From a virus (Duplodnaviria; Caudoviricetes), in the IMG/VR virus record IMGVR_UViG_3300031994_000046, positions 34,658 to 98,657 of that record: a DNA stretch of 64,000 nt; one strand, 5' to 3'. Positions 44,552-55,011 of the stretch are shown piece after piece; within the stretch, counting starts at the first letter, position 1; the number at the start of each line of letters is the position of its first letter. The notes below the pieces were generated by a model, which saw only the letters and a program-made list of their open reading frames with translations, did not search any database and had not been told where the DNA came from. Made by a program: the position numbers and the translations under genes.

Positions 44552-45064
44552 ATGAAGAAACTTAAAGATTTCATAACAGAAGGATCATGGGGTTATGAAC
44601 CATTACAAGGTGATGGTCCACTTGATTTAAGAGGTGATCTTTATAAAGATATATGTGAACTTATATATGATAAGTGTGATGAATATAGTAAAGACACTGG
44701 ATGTGCATGGTGTGCAATAGGTAATATTGAACATTTTATTGAAGAAGTTACAAATATGGAAGGTTTCAAAATGGATAGTAAGCATCCTTCTGATAAATAT
44801 TATTATTGGTTCCGTCTTATAGATAAAAAACATAAGAATATATTTGAACTTTATGATAAGTTATTAAATCAGTGTGCTAATGATGATAAATGGATTGAAG
44901 AATGGGAAGAACCTGATAAGATGAAAAAATCATTAGAGAAAAGAAAGAAGATATCTGAAAAGTATGCTAAACTAATGGAAGACTATATCAAAAAGGAAGA
45001 AGAATATAAATTACAACAAAGCACTGCTACAAAACAACCACAAGCAGTAATATTTGAAAAATAA
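44552..45064 (+). CDS. hypothetical protein, putative internal head protein
   Basis: starts MKKLKDFITE then GSWGY. Confidence 0.7.
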   Translation: MKKLKDFITEGSWGYEPLQGDGPLDLRGDLYKDICELIYDKCDEYSKDTGCAWCAIGNIEHFIEEVTNMEGFKMDSKHPSDKYYYWFRLIDKKHKNIFELYDKLLNQCANDDKWIEEWEEPDKMKKSLEKRKKISEKYAKLMEDYIKKEEEYKLQQSTATKQPQAVIFEK

Positions 45065-45070
45065 TTAATT

Positions 45071-45772
45071 ATGGGAAATCTTTTAGACTATTATATTATA
45101 GAATCTGTTGTTGATTATGATAATGATCCTTTGAAAATTGGAAGAATCAAATGTACGATTCCTGGTGTAGTTCATTCAGATTCAACACCTGAAGAAGGTA
45201 TGCCATGGGTAAGATGTTTTAAGATGGGTGCATATCAGACATTTAGCAGACCAATCAAAGGACAGAAAGTATGGGTAATGATATCAAAACAAAACCAGAA
45301 TGAGTTTTGGTATTTTCCATTTCATGAAGCAATTGATATAACAAAAGACTATATAGAAGAATATTATAATGAAAATTGTGATGTTCTTCATGCACGTCAT
45401 TCAGGAAATGGAGACTGTATGATGACATATGATGATGAACAAGGTTATTTGACAAAAATTGGAGATGATCATATTAATCTGACTCCTAAAAGACAGTTTG
45501 AATTAGATTGTGATAATAAACGAATAAGTATAGAAGATGATATAGTTTATATTGGAGATAAAGATAAAGGAGCAAAACAAGTTACAATTAAAGGAGAAAA
45601 TCATCAAAAATGGATAAGCACATTATCTGGTCAGTTTGCATCTTTAGCAGAAGCTGCTGGAGATATTCCATATACTATTCATTTAAGTGCATTATTACAA
45701 GCTATATCTAGTACATTGGCACAAAATTCTTCTCCATTTGATATATATACAAAACATACAAAAGTTAATTAA
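45071..45772 (+). CDS. baseplate hub/spike protein (gp5 N-terminal OB-fold-like)
   Basis: VVD..DPLKIGRIKC..PG...PW, P.KGQKVWV motifs. Confidence 0.8.
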   Translation: MGNLLDYYIIESVVDYDNDPLKIGRIKCTIPGVVHSDSTPEEGMPWVRCFKMGAYQTFSRPIKGQKVWVMISKQNQNEFWYFPFHEAIDITKDYIEEYYNENCDVLHARHSGNGDCMMTYDDEQGYLTKIGDDHINLTPKRQFELDCDNKRISIEDDIVYIGDKDKGAKQVTIKGENHQKWISTLSGQFASLAEAAGDIPYTIHLSALLQAISSTLAQNSSPFDIYTKHTKVN

Positions 45773-45773
45773 A

Positions 45774-46685
45774 ATGGCAATTGATAAAGTTAATACAAAA
45801 AGATATGCCGAAGAAGGTTTAAAGACTTTACATAGTAAAGGAGAATCTTATCTGAATGGTGGTGATACAACAGCATTTTCAACGTTAGGAACAAATGCAG
45901 TTAATATTGGTACTAATGTTGTTGGGGCTGGTGTATTGACTTATGATGTTGTTAAAGATTTTAAAAACGGAGATGCATTAGCATTTGCAGAAAGTTTAGC
46001 TGGACAAGCTATTGGTGACATATCTGGTGAATGTGGTGCATTAATTGGAGAATATACAGGTAAAGCTGCATCATTAGTTGCATCAATACCTGGAAAAATT
46101 GCAGAAGAAACCGCAAGAAGAGTTGGTGATCCACGTGTTGAACTTGGTGAAGAACCAATATATCCTATGAGTCATTGGATGGATGAAGTTTTTAATGGAG
46201 AAGAAAATAACCGTAAGATACAACACGAAGAAAATAACGATAAACGTAAAGAAGAAAAAATAAAGAAAGCAAAAGAAATTATATCTGATGCAGTTAAACG
46301 TGCAAATAAATTCATGGATATTGCTAATGAAAAAATTGATTATGTAAAAAAATATGCATTAGAAGGTCCTGAATGGGTTGCTGACCAGATGTCAAATACT
46401 GTTGATGCAGTTGTTTATGAAGTTCGTAAAGAATTAGATGGAGATTATAAATATTTAGAAGACCAAATTAATAAATGGTGTGAAAATGAAGGTATAGCTA
46501 TTGGTGATAAAATCGTTAAAAAGGCAAATAACGAACTTCATAAACTTGCAGAAGAAACAAAAAATAATTCTGAAGAAACTGTAACTAAAGGAAAGATAAA
46601 AGCAAAATCAGTTTTACAGAAAGCAAAATTAACAATTATGGGTAGACTTGGAATTAACATTCATATACCTATAAGTACAGATTAA
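45774..46685 (+). CDS. hypothetical protein
   Basis: probable ATG at 45774 (MAIDKV). Confidence 0.7.
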   Translation: MAIDKVNTKRYAEEGLKTLHSKGESYLNGGDTTAFSTLGTNAVNIGTNVVGAGVLTYDVVKDFKNGDALAFAESLAGQAIGDISGECGALIGEYTGKAASLVASIPGKIAEETARRVGDPRVELGEEPIYPMSHWMDEVFNGEENNRKIQHEENNDKRKEEKIKKAKEIISDAVKRANKFMDIANEKIDYVKKYALEGPEWVADQMSNTVDAVVYEVRKELDGDYKYLEDQINKWCENEGIAIGDKIVKKANNELHKLAEETKNNSEETVTKGKIKAKSVLQKAKLTIMGRLGINIHIPISTD

Positions 46686-46688
46686 AAT

Positions 46689-48602
46689 ATGGCAAACAAA
46701 GAATTTGAATACGAATATAATCCTATAAAGGAACAAATAAATGGAAAAGAGGCTGAAAAAGTAATATGGTCTACTGCAGTTATAAATAAAGCATTAGAAG
46801 GTATACAATCTGGTCAGCCATTAAAAGCTAGTCCATTCTTAAATAAAAATACTAAACTATTAAAACCTGAATTAGTTCGTAAATATACTCAAGAAGAAAT
46901 TGAAGATTATAAACGTTGTGCATTGGATCCTTTATATTTCGCAGAGAAATGTTTCTTGATGACACCAACAGGTTTACAAGCTTGTAAACTTCGTGATTAT
47001 CAAAAAGCATATATAAGACATTTACAGAATAATAGATTTAGTATCTTCCTTTCGTGTCGTCAGTCAGGTAAGTCAACAACAACTGCTATTTATTGTCTTT
47101 GGGTTATATTATTCAATTCAGATAAATCAGGTCTTATATTATCAAAATCTGGTCCTGCAGGATTAGACCTTATTAAAAAGATTAAGGATATGTATCTTTA
47201 TCTTCCTTATCACTTAAAGATAGGTACAATGAAATGGAATCAATCTGAAATTTCATTTGATAATAACTCTTCAATATCAACTGAATCATTCTCACCAACA
47301 GCAGGTCTTGGTAAAACAATTAACTTCCTTATTCTTGATGAGTTTGCTTGGTGTCCACCTAATGATGTTGAATTATTCTATAATAACATCATACCTACTG
47401 TTACTACAATTACAGATTCAAACGTATGTATAATGTCTACACAAAATGGATTTAACTTATTCTATAAACTTTGGAAAGGTGCTATTGAAAAGACTAATAT
47501 ATATGCACCATTTAAAGTAGACTGGTATCAGGTTCCTCAATATAACCCAGAAACAGGTCAATGGGAAAAACGTACTGATAAATGGAAAGAAGATATGATA
47601 GGTGTATTAGGATCTGTTGAAGCTTTCTATTATCAATATGGTACACAATTCTCAGCATCAGATAAATGTTTGGTTTCTCGTGAACGTATTGCTACATTAA
47701 GAGATGACGCAATATTGTATGAAGAACGTGATTTGGAATTAACTGAACTTTTTGGATTAGCATTGCAATATCCAAGATATTTAGTATGGGACCCAAATTT
47801 CAATTTAGAAGATATTAAGACATGTTTCTTCTTAATATTGATAGATCTTGCTGAAGGATTTGGTGGAGACTATACAGTATTCAATATATTCAAGATAATT
47901 GGTAAAGATCAATTTCAACATGTAGGATTATGGAGATCCAATGAAGTTGATCTTGAACATGCGGCATTAGAATTTTGGCTATTAGCAGGTCAATTATTCA
48001 ATGGAGAAAACTGTATGTGGTCATTAGAATGGAATACTTATGGAGCTTTATTCTATCGTCTATTGATGGATTATAATGAAGATGATTATGAAATTTCTAC
48101 AAAATGGAGATTCAATATTGTTACAGACGGTATTGAGTTAAGTAATTTTGTCCAATATAAGAAATCTGCAATGGATGAACAGATTATAGGACGTACAGGT
48201 TCAACATCAAGATTCATACCAGGAATAAAGTTTACCTCAGGAAATAAAGGTACAGCATGCTCATTACTAAAGACATTATTTGAAAAAGGCCAAGTTGTAA
48301 CAAGAGATATAGTTACATTAGGAGAATTAGAAAACTTCGAAGATAAGAATGGTAATGGTACATATAAAGCTTCTTATGGACATGATGATATTATTATGAC
48401 ATTTGTTCAGATTCCTATGGTGATGCAGACTGGAAAATATTCATCATTCTTGGAAGATATTGAAGAAGCTCGTATATCTGGAATTATAAACAATAAATGG
48501 AATACCAATCAACAGCAAAGCATTGAAGATACTCCATTTGGTATGTTTACACAATTAGGCGAAGGTTTCAATCAATTTGGTATTGAAATGCCTATGTCTT
48601 AA
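46689..48602 (+). CDS. terL: terminase large subunit (T4 gp17-like)
   Basis: LRDYQ, CRQSGKS Walker A, LILDEFA Walker B, DLAEG.GGDY, HDD nuclease motif. Confidence 0.95.
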   Translation: MANKEFEYEYNPIKEQINGKEAEKVIWSTAVINKALEGIQSGQPLKASPFLNKNTKLLKPELVRKYTQEEIEDYKRCALDPLYFAEKCFLMTPTGLQACKLRDYQKAYIRHLQNNRFSIFLSCRQSGKSTTTAIYCLWVILFNSDKSGLILSKSGPAGLDLIKKIKDMYLYLPYHLKIGTMKWNQSEISFDNNSSISTESFSPTAGLGKTINFLILDEFAWCPPNDVELFYNNIIPTVTTITDSNVCIMSTQNGFNLFYKLWKGAIEKTNIYAPFKVDWYQVPQYNPETGQWEKRTDKWKEDMIGVLGSVEAFYYQYGTQFSASDKCLVSRERIATLRDDAILYEERDLELTELFGLALQYPRYLVWDPNFNLEDIKTCFFLILIDLAEGFGGDYTVFNIFKIIGKDQFQHVGLWRSNEVDLEHAALEFWLLAGQLFNGENCMWSLEWNTYGALFYRLLMDYNEDDYEISTKWRFNIVTDGIELSNFVQYKKSAMDEQIIGRTGSTSRFIPGIKFTSGNKGTACSLLKTLFEKGQVVTRDIVTLGELENFEDKNGNGTYKASYGHDDIIMTFVQIPMVMQTGKYSSFLEDIEEARISGIINNKWNTNQQQSIEDTPFGMFTQLGEGFNQFGIEMPMS

Positions 48603-48764
48603 TGTTTTTTATAAATATTAATATTTTCTAAAATTTTTAATATATAAATAATTAATAGTAATCCACAAAATACTATAAATACTTTCATTTGATTAATATA
48701 TTTATTTATTTAATAGATGTAGTAAAAATGAAAGTATTTGGATTTATATATATTGTACATGTTA

Positions 48765-49121
48765 TTAACGTAATCCTCTATTTGTAAGAGTAGTATTAAG
48801 AAGCATTAAATACTTTTTATATTGATCCTTGTTAAGAATCTGCTTCATATACTTTATATTCATTTCTAAAGTATTATTCAACATTTTTTCTCTTGTAACT
48901 TCAGTATTCTCATATTTGATGGTTTCCATCTGTACACAGAATATATTCATTATATCATTTATACATTCTGCTTGATCTTTACTAGCATTAAGAGATTTTG
49001 ATAACATTTCTGTGTTTACATTCATATTATATGCTTCAACATTCATTGTGTTGTTTTCATTTGCATTAACGCCTAAGCAAAGCATTAAACTAAAAATTAT
49101 TGTAAAAATTATTTTCTTCAT
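48765..49121 (-). CDS. secreted Bacteroidales-like protein
   Basis: signal peptide; C-terminal IL.KDQYKKY..LLN.TL.NRG. Confidence 0.7.
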   Translation of the reverse strand: MKKIIFTIIFSLMLCLGVNANENNTMNVEAYNMNVNTEMLSKSLNASKDQAECINDIMNIFCVQMETIKYENTEVTREKMLNNTLEMNIKYMKQILNKDQYKKYLMLLNTTLTNRGLR

Positions 49122-49186
49122 AATATTGTTTCTATAAATATATTTGTTTGTTAATTTTTTTTATTCTTTAATATTTTTTATTTATC

Positions 49187-49279
49187 TCAATAACGTACAT
49201 AAGGATTTACATAAATATTATTAACACCATTCATATATGCACGACCAATTTTTTTAAATAAACTTTTGACTAGTTTCAT
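49187..49279 (-). CDS. 30 aa mini-protein
   Basis: MKLVKSLFKKIGRAYMNGVNNIYVNPYVRY with A-rich initiation region. Confidence 0.5.
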   Translation of the reverse strand: MKLVKSLFKKIGRAYMNGVNNIYVNPYVRY

Positions 49280-49306
49280 AACTTTTTATTTGATTAAACA
49301 TCTAAT

Positions 49307-49387
49307 TTACTTTTTATAATAAGGGTAGTATGCTAAATATATAGCTTCACAATAACTATCCCACATTTTCTTAATAATTTTTTTCAT
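49307..49387 (-). CDS. 26 aa mini-protein
   Basis: MKKIIKKMWDSYCEAIYLAYYPYYKK. Confidence 0.5.
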   Translation of the reverse strand: MKKIIKKMWDSYCEAIYLAYYPYYKK

Positions 49388-49694
49388 AACGTGTCTATTT
49401 AATTTTTTTATAAGTTATCTTTAATATAAATTAAAAATACACATACAATAAATAAACATCCAATAATCAATAAACCTTCCATCTTTACTACAATTTTTTA
49501 TATTCTTTTGTTTTATTATTTAATTTAATTAAAAATAGTCTTAAAATAATGATAAAACAATAAATTCAAAGATTACATTAAAAAAATAGCTAATTAATTA
49601 ATCTAAATTAATTGATTTAATTTATGATAATATCTTACATATAAAAATCATAAATGTTATTATTAAATATAAATAATTAGATGTGTGGATATAA

Positions 49695-50318
49695 ATGAGA
49701 CATATATATAACTTCATAGTAGAGAAGCTTCGTATCAATAAAGATATAAAAGTTCAACATTATAATTATCAACCTAAAAATAAATCTGAATTAATGGATC
49801 TAATTAAGCAACTAACGGATGAACGTGGAGATGAAGCTAATTTGAACGATATAGATACATCTGAAATTACTGATATGAAATATTTATTTAAATTGACTCC
49901 TAATTTTAATGGAGACATATCTAAATGGGATGTAAGTAATGTTAAAGATATGTCATATATGTTTGAACATTCTAAATTTACGGGAGAAAATGGTGATATA
50001 TCAAACTGGAATGTTAGTAATGTAAAAAATATGGTTGAAATGTTCTGGGATTCATTATATGATGGTGATTTATCGAAATGGGATGTAAGTAATGTAGAAA
50101 ATATGGATGCTATGTTTATACATTCCATATATTCTGGAAAAAATGGAGATATATCAAACTGGGACGTTAGTAAAGTTAAAAATATGGGAAATATGTTTAC
50201 TTATTCTAAGTTTAATGTAGACATATCAAACTGGGATGTAAGTAGTGTTGAAAACACAGAAGATATGTTTTTAGATACACCATTACAAAAAAATCCACCT
50301 AAATGGTATAAAAAATAA
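49695..50318 (+). CDS. BspA/DUF285-type repeat protein
   Basis: repeated FNGDISKWDVSNVKDMSYMF units. Confidence 0.9.
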   Translation: MRHIYNFIVEKLRINKDIKVQHYNYQPKNKSELMDLIKQLTDERGDEANLNDIDTSEITDMKYLFKLTPNFNGDISKWDVSNVKDMSYMFEHSKFTGENGDISNWNVSNVKNMVEMFWDSLYDGDLSKWDVSNVENMDAMFIHSIYSGKNGDISNWDVSKVKNMGNMFTYSKFNVDISNWDVSSVENTEDMFLDTPLQKNPPKWYKK

Positions 50319-50382
50319 ACTAATAAAAATAAACATAATATATAGTTTTATATATAGAGGCAAAATATATAAAGCTAATTAA

Positions 50383-50790
50383 ATGAATAGATTATTACAA
50401 ATATTAACATTTGGTTTATACAGTAAAATGAAAAATAAAGATACAGATAATTTCTTTGTTAAAGCAACAAAAGAAAACAATAACATAAATCCTGTATATG
50501 TATTTATGTTAGGTGTGTTGGCTGTTGGTGTTTTATTGTTGTTTATTCCTGTAATTGGTATGTTAGTTGATATTTGGTATAATCATACTATTACAATTAA
50601 CTTATCTGACATGGCTGTATATGTTGGTGCTGTTGCTGCTATATTTACATCAGGTGGAGTAACTGCAGCTATAACAGAATATTCATATTCAAAATTTGAT
50701 ATTCCACCAATTGATGATGATGGTAATGATATGATATATAATGAAGAAAAACCAACAAGAGGATCAAGAAGATATCGTAGTGCAAAATAA
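50383..50790 (+). CDS. membrane protein (holin-like)
   Basis: two TM helices, charged C-terminus. Confidence 0.5.
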   Translation: MNRLLQILTFGLYSKMKNKDTDNFFVKATKENNNINPVYVFMLGVLAVGVLLLFIPVIGMLVDIWYNHTITINLSDMAVYVGAVAAIFTSGGVTAAITEYSYSKFDIPPIDDDGNDMIYNEEKPTRGSRRYRSAK

Positions 50791-50816
50791 AAGAGGGAAT
50801 TTAAATTCCCTCTTTA
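50788..50816. terminator. bidirectional terminator
   Basis: AAAGAGGGAATTT/AAATTCCCTCTTT palindrome between convergent genes. Confidence 0.75.
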
Positions 50817-50817
50817 A

Positions 50818-51840
50818 CTATCTTAATATTTCTCCACAATGTGGACATTCCATCATTGTGCTTCTAACATTTCTTCCACAGTTTGGACATTTATCAATTG
50901 TGTAATTTCCATTAGAAACATTTCCTTCTAACTTAAATCCACAATTAGGACAGAACTTAAATCTATCTTTAATTTTTATTCCACAATTTGGACAATACTT
51001 TTTTATTAAATCATTCTTAAATATAGGCTTCTGTGATTCAGGTAATATCTTAATGATCTCTGTTTTAAATGCCCAATATTCAAAATCAATGTTTACTGTT
51101 TGGAATTTCTGATTTGAATAACTTCCTTTTTCAACTCTTCCTGTTTCAATAGATTTAGATCTTTTAGCACTTGTATTAATTGATGTAGTGTTTTTCTTTA
51201 ATCCATCTAATGAAGCAGTCGCTGCTGAATATGTTGCAGAAGTAGCAGCAGAAGCTTCAATTGAGAATGTTGCATTATTTGCATCACATAATCCTAAACT
51301 CCTATCTCCGATAGTTGTATTACAATAAGATGTTGGCTCAATTGATTTACTATATAAAATTTGATTAGGATTCCAAACATCTCCATAACAAGTAATAGGT
51401 GTTTTGATATATACTTGTTGTTCTCTCTCCTTAAAGAATTCTAATTTGATTTCACCATTCTTTGCAATTGCTTGCTGAACTTGTTTACTATCACCATTTA
51501 CTTCATAAGTAGAGAATAAGAATTTATTAGCTTCATTAAGATAACGTTCTAACCATATTCTTTCACCTGGTTTCAATACTAAAGTTTGACCCAATGACTT
51601 ATTATCTATTGTTATATTAATACCAATAGTATATGTATAAGGATTAAAAATTTGAATTTGAAATTCTGAATTGTTCTTCATATAAACAATTCTTGAATAT
51701 TCTGAATTTGAATATTCTTTAAGCAAAGACTTGTTGATGGCTATTTTAGCCAAATTTTGATTTGTACTCATAGTTTTAAATTTAAATATATTTATATTCA
51801 AATCCTTTAAATATTTTTGAGTCTTTAATTCAACTCTCAA
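50818..51840 (-). CDS. zinc-ribbon domain protein
   Basis: four C-terminal CPxCG knuckles; true start may be MSTNQ. Confidence 0.8.
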   Translation of the reverse strand: MRVELKTQKYLKDLNINIFKFKTMSTNQNLAKIAINKSLLKEYSNSEYSRIVYMKNNSEFQIQIFNPYTYTIGINITIDNKSLGQTLVLKPGERIWLERYLNEANKFLFSTYEVNGDSKQVQQAIAKNGEIKLEFFKEREQQVYIKTPITCYGDVWNPNQILYSKSIEPTSYCNTTIGDRSLGLCDANNATFSIEASAATSATYSAATASLDGLKKNTTSINTSAKRSKSIETGRVEKGSYSNQKFQTVNIDFEYWAFKTEIIKILPESQKPIFKNDLIKKYCPNCGIKIKDRFKFCPNCGFKLEGNVSNGNYTIDKCPNCGRNVRSTMMECPHCGEILR

Positions 51841-52025
51841 AAGGTCTTAATCAACCTCAATATTAAAAGATATCTATTTTCTTTAATATAGTTAAAAATA
51901 AATTTATTTTTTATAATTATCAATAAATTTAAGAAAAAATAACTGGATAGTTGTTCTTATGGTTAACTACCCAGTTTTATATATAGTTATTTGCCTGACA
52001 AATAAATATAGATTATTGTAAAATA

Positions 52026-53858
52026 TTATTCAATAAACATTGTCTTATCAACAATTGGATTCTTATACCAATAATTACTTATTACCTTACCTTCACCCCA
52101 AGAATTAAATTCTGAATATGCATCTTTAATACATATCTTTTCTTTTGGATATCTAAAATCATAAGGTATCATAATACCATGTGGATCTTCACCTTTTTTT
52201 GCAAGTTTAATAGTAAGACCTGATGTTGCATCATAAATAAATGGTTGAGTGCTTTCATTTAAGAAACTAAATTTCTTATCAACAGTAATTTCATCAATTA
52301 CTGGAGAAGCATTTTGTGATTGTGTATTAATGAATGTACCTGTAGGAACTCCAAACATATTATGAACTTCAATATTATCATTAATGACATTACCATTGAT
52401 ATTCTTAATTAAAATATCGTCTTTAGCACCACATGCTACAACTTTATATTGTACAGTTGTTTCATTTAATCTCTTAGCTTTGATTACAACATCATTCATA
52501 TCATAGTCACCAAGTTCAGTATCTTCAAAGCAGAATGTATAACTATTAACCTCAAACTCTGGAATATTGATAATTGGCTTCACACCTCCCTCGACCTCGA
52601 TGATGATGTCGTTGAAGTCGTTATCAGTACCAGACTCGCAGCAAAGTAACATACGTTCATTAACTGTTATCCAACCCATTCTAGGACCATCTGTACCAAG
52701 TTTAGAGCTTTTGAAATTACATTCGCTATAACTATTAATATCATTATTTAAACGACCATCTCCATAAAGTTCACCTTGTTTTCTGGATTTACCATTTTCT
52801 TTAAATTCTGTTTTAGCACGAACCATAAATCCAATCTTATAACCTTCTGGGAATATATAAGAACCTGTTGTACCTATTTCTGGAGTACCATCACCCCAAT
52901 ATACAAGAGCCCATGCATTTCTCTTACTAATAACATCATCTTCAGTTTCACCAAAATGTTGATTAAATTGAATTGCCTTATACATAGGTAGATTTGTTAA
53001 AAATTGACGAATTGCATAATCACTCTTACCTTCGAGGTCTGATTCCTTGTAATAGTAGTAGTACAAATCTGAGTTCCATATCTCATTACCATACTGTTTA
53101 GCCTTATCACTCTTATATACTGGAGATACTACGATAGGCTCTTTACCAGTTGTGATAGGATACACAGCAGCATTGAAATATCCACTCTCCTTAATCAATG
53201 GAAGGTTGTTATATTGTCTACCATTCTTGAAATATGAGAAGATAATTGCTCTAAATATAGTCTTGTATTCATCTGAGTAATCTTGTGCTACCATCTTCTG
53301 AGATTCATAATCTGACATCTCATAAAGAAGTTGCCCAGGAAGCCATCCTCTCTGACTTGCATAAGATTCTACTGCAAGACCAATTGCAGGAGTCACAGAA
53401 GGCAATGTGTAATCAGTAAGCGTATTTCTTGTCTTAGCCTTTTCACTTAGGTCAACAACGTCACCTTTAACAGACTTAACACTGTAAGACCCATTTGATA
53501 ACATGAAAAGGTACATACCAATACTCTTTTCTGGTATATCATATGCAAGAGAAATTGATGTCTGTCCATTTACGTTAGCTTCATTAAGCATAAATAATGA
53601 AGTTGTAGAATCAGTTTCTGCCACATATGTCATAAGCTGAATTTTATCAACATTTGATGGAATACTGTTGATGGTTAGAACACCAGAAGAAGTTGTTGAC
53701 CAATCTTGGTTTTCATCAAATGTTGTTCCAAAAATCTTCTCAACATTTTCTTTAATTTGTTGTTTAGTATATTCTTCATATTGTTTATCTAAATCATGCC
53801 CCATGCAACCACATAAGACAAATACTAAACACATAATAAATAATTTTAAGTGTTTCAT
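52026..53858 (-). CDS. LruC/DUF4842-like Bacteroidales lipoprotein
   Basis: lipobox LCGC; FCFED...DYDMNDVV; RYPKE..I..AY..F..W. Confidence 0.8.
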   Translation of the reverse strand: MKHLKLFIMCLVFVLCGCMGHDLDKQYEEYTKQQIKENVEKIFGTTFDENQDWSTTSSGVLTINSIPSNVDKIQLMTYVAETDSTTSLFMLNEANVNGQTSISLAYDIPEKSIGMYLFMLSNGSYSVKSVKGDVVDLSEKAKTRNTLTDYTLPSVTPAIGLAVESYASQRGWLPGQLLYEMSDYESQKMVAQDYSDEYKTIFRAIIFSYFKNGRQYNNLPLIKESGYFNAAVYPITTGKEPIVVSPVYKSDKAKQYGNEIWNSDLYYYYYKESDLEGKSDYAIRQFLTNLPMYKAIQFNQHFGETEDDVISKRNAWALVYWGDGTPEIGTTGSYIFPEGYKIGFMVRAKTEFKENGKSRKQGELYGDGRLNNDINSYSECNFKSSKLGTDGPRMGWITVNERMLLCCESGTDNDFNDIIIEVEGGVKPIINIPEFEVNSYTFCFEDTELGDYDMNDVVIKAKRLNETTVQYKVVACGAKDDILIKNINGNVINDNIEVHNMFGVPTGTFINTQSQNASPVIDEITVDKKFSFLNESTQPFIYDATSGLTIKLAKKGEDPHGIMIPYDFRYPKEKICIKDAYSEFNSWGEGKVISNYWYKNPIVDKTMFIE

Positions 53859-53948
53859 AATACTAGTTAAATTTATTTATAAATTTGTTTAAGGTATATA
53901 TTAAAAATAAATATAGTAATTTAAAAGTTTATTTATAATATTTTAATA

Positions 53949-54182
53949 TCAATTATAAAAAGCCATAAGTTCTTTAATCATATTTACAGTATCATAAGGA
54001 TAAAGATCATTATATGTTTTAATAATGTGATTCTTATTATTATCTAAAACTTTAATGTCAAATACTTTAAGATGTGAATATTTAATAACTAGTAAAGAAT
54101 AACGATTATTACATTTGAATGTATTGCAATATGAATCGTTATTCTTTACATAATTTCTAAATCGTTCGTATAATGTTTTCAT
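53949..54182 (-). CDS. hypothetical protein
   Basis: 77 aa ORF. Confidence 0.6.
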   Translation of the reverse strand: MKTLYERFRNYVKNNDSYCNTFKCNNRYSLLVIKYSHLKVFDIKVLDNNKNHIIKTYNDLYPYDTVNMIKELMAFYN

Positions 54183-54185
54183 ATA

Positions 54186-54590
54186 TTAGAAAATCTTATT
54201 CTTACGTGTCTCAATCTTCTTTAGAACTTTATTCTGTTCTTTCTCAGTCATACCTGATTCTGGGAGCCACATCAGAATTGCCTTCTCCATTGCAGTAAAC
54301 TGATTCTGTTGAGTTTTCATTCCCTTGGCATACATAGAATTTTCTGAATGCTCCGCTTTCCAAAATACATTATACCAAGCTTCTTTATTGTTTTTGGGAT
54401 TCTCAATCATTGGGCGAGACATCCACCAATCATATCGCTTCTTCTCACTAAGAAAACCTCTAACAAAAACATCGAGCTCCTTAATGGCTGCATTCATACA
54501 CCAGTCTTTGTATTTGTTTTCACCAGTAAATCTCTTGTAGAAACTTAATGCGAGTTGCTCATAATCATTTGTACAATAAGTAGATGTCAT
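54186..54590 (-). CDS. hypothetical protein
   Basis: 134 aa ORF downstream of promoter motif 54620-54647. Confidence 0.7.
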   Translation of the reverse strand: MTSTYCTNDYEQLALSFYKRFTGENKYKDWCMNAAIKELDVFVRGFLSEKKRYDWWMSRPMIENPKNNKEAWYNVFWKAEHSENSMYAKGMKTQQNQFTAMEKAILMWLPESGMTEKEQNKVLKKIETRKNKIF

Positions 54591-54647
54591 ATAAATTAAA
54601 TTTTAAATATTATATAAATAATATAGTAACTTTTAAATATAATTCAA

Positions 54648-54675
54648 AAAAATGGAGGGTTTATTTACCCTCCAT
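54648..54675 (-). terminator. intrinsic terminator
   Basis: ATGGAGGGT/ACCCTCCAT hairpin + T-run at end of Pth2-like gene. Confidence 0.75.
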
Positions 54676-55011
54676 ATTTAATAGTTTTTCCCTTTTAAGT
54701 TTTTGTTTTATACTACATGGAAAATCGTTTTCATATATTGCAATTGCTGTCATTTTATTGTTTAAATCTGGTTCTATGAAATATGTCCATTTGTAATGAT
54801 TAGGATCAAATCTAGCAAGTCTTTCATACCATTCGTTTATGTCAACTGATAAATAAATAAGGTAATCATTTTTCCAATCCCAGTCAGGATCACCATTTTT
54901 CAGTATCTACCAATTTTCAAGTAACCACTCAGCAACAGCATGACCACCTTGAACTGCAGCATATATAGGATCTAATGTCTTATCTGTTAAAATATATAAT
55001 TTATTTTTCAT
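54661..55011 (-). CDS. Pth2-like peptidyl-tRNA hydrolase with in-frame TAG at codon 35
   Basis: MKNKLYILTDKTLDPIYAAVQGGHAVAEWLLENW*ILKNG...FIEPDLNNKMTAIAI...LLNMEGK (116 codons); TAG at 54907-54909; absent from ORF track. Confidence 0.85.

Noticed and set aside
12590-49680. TTATT(T/A)TTAA late-promoter motif upstream of structural genes
   Set aside because: It recurs but cannot be distinguished by eye from background in DNA this AT-rich; it needs statistical motif analysis.
350-54796. Short alternate-frame or antisense ORFs (e.g. 350-628, 10123-10449, 14009-14362, 43225-43620, 54584-54796)
   Set aside because: They are shadows of well-supported genes on the other frame or strand.
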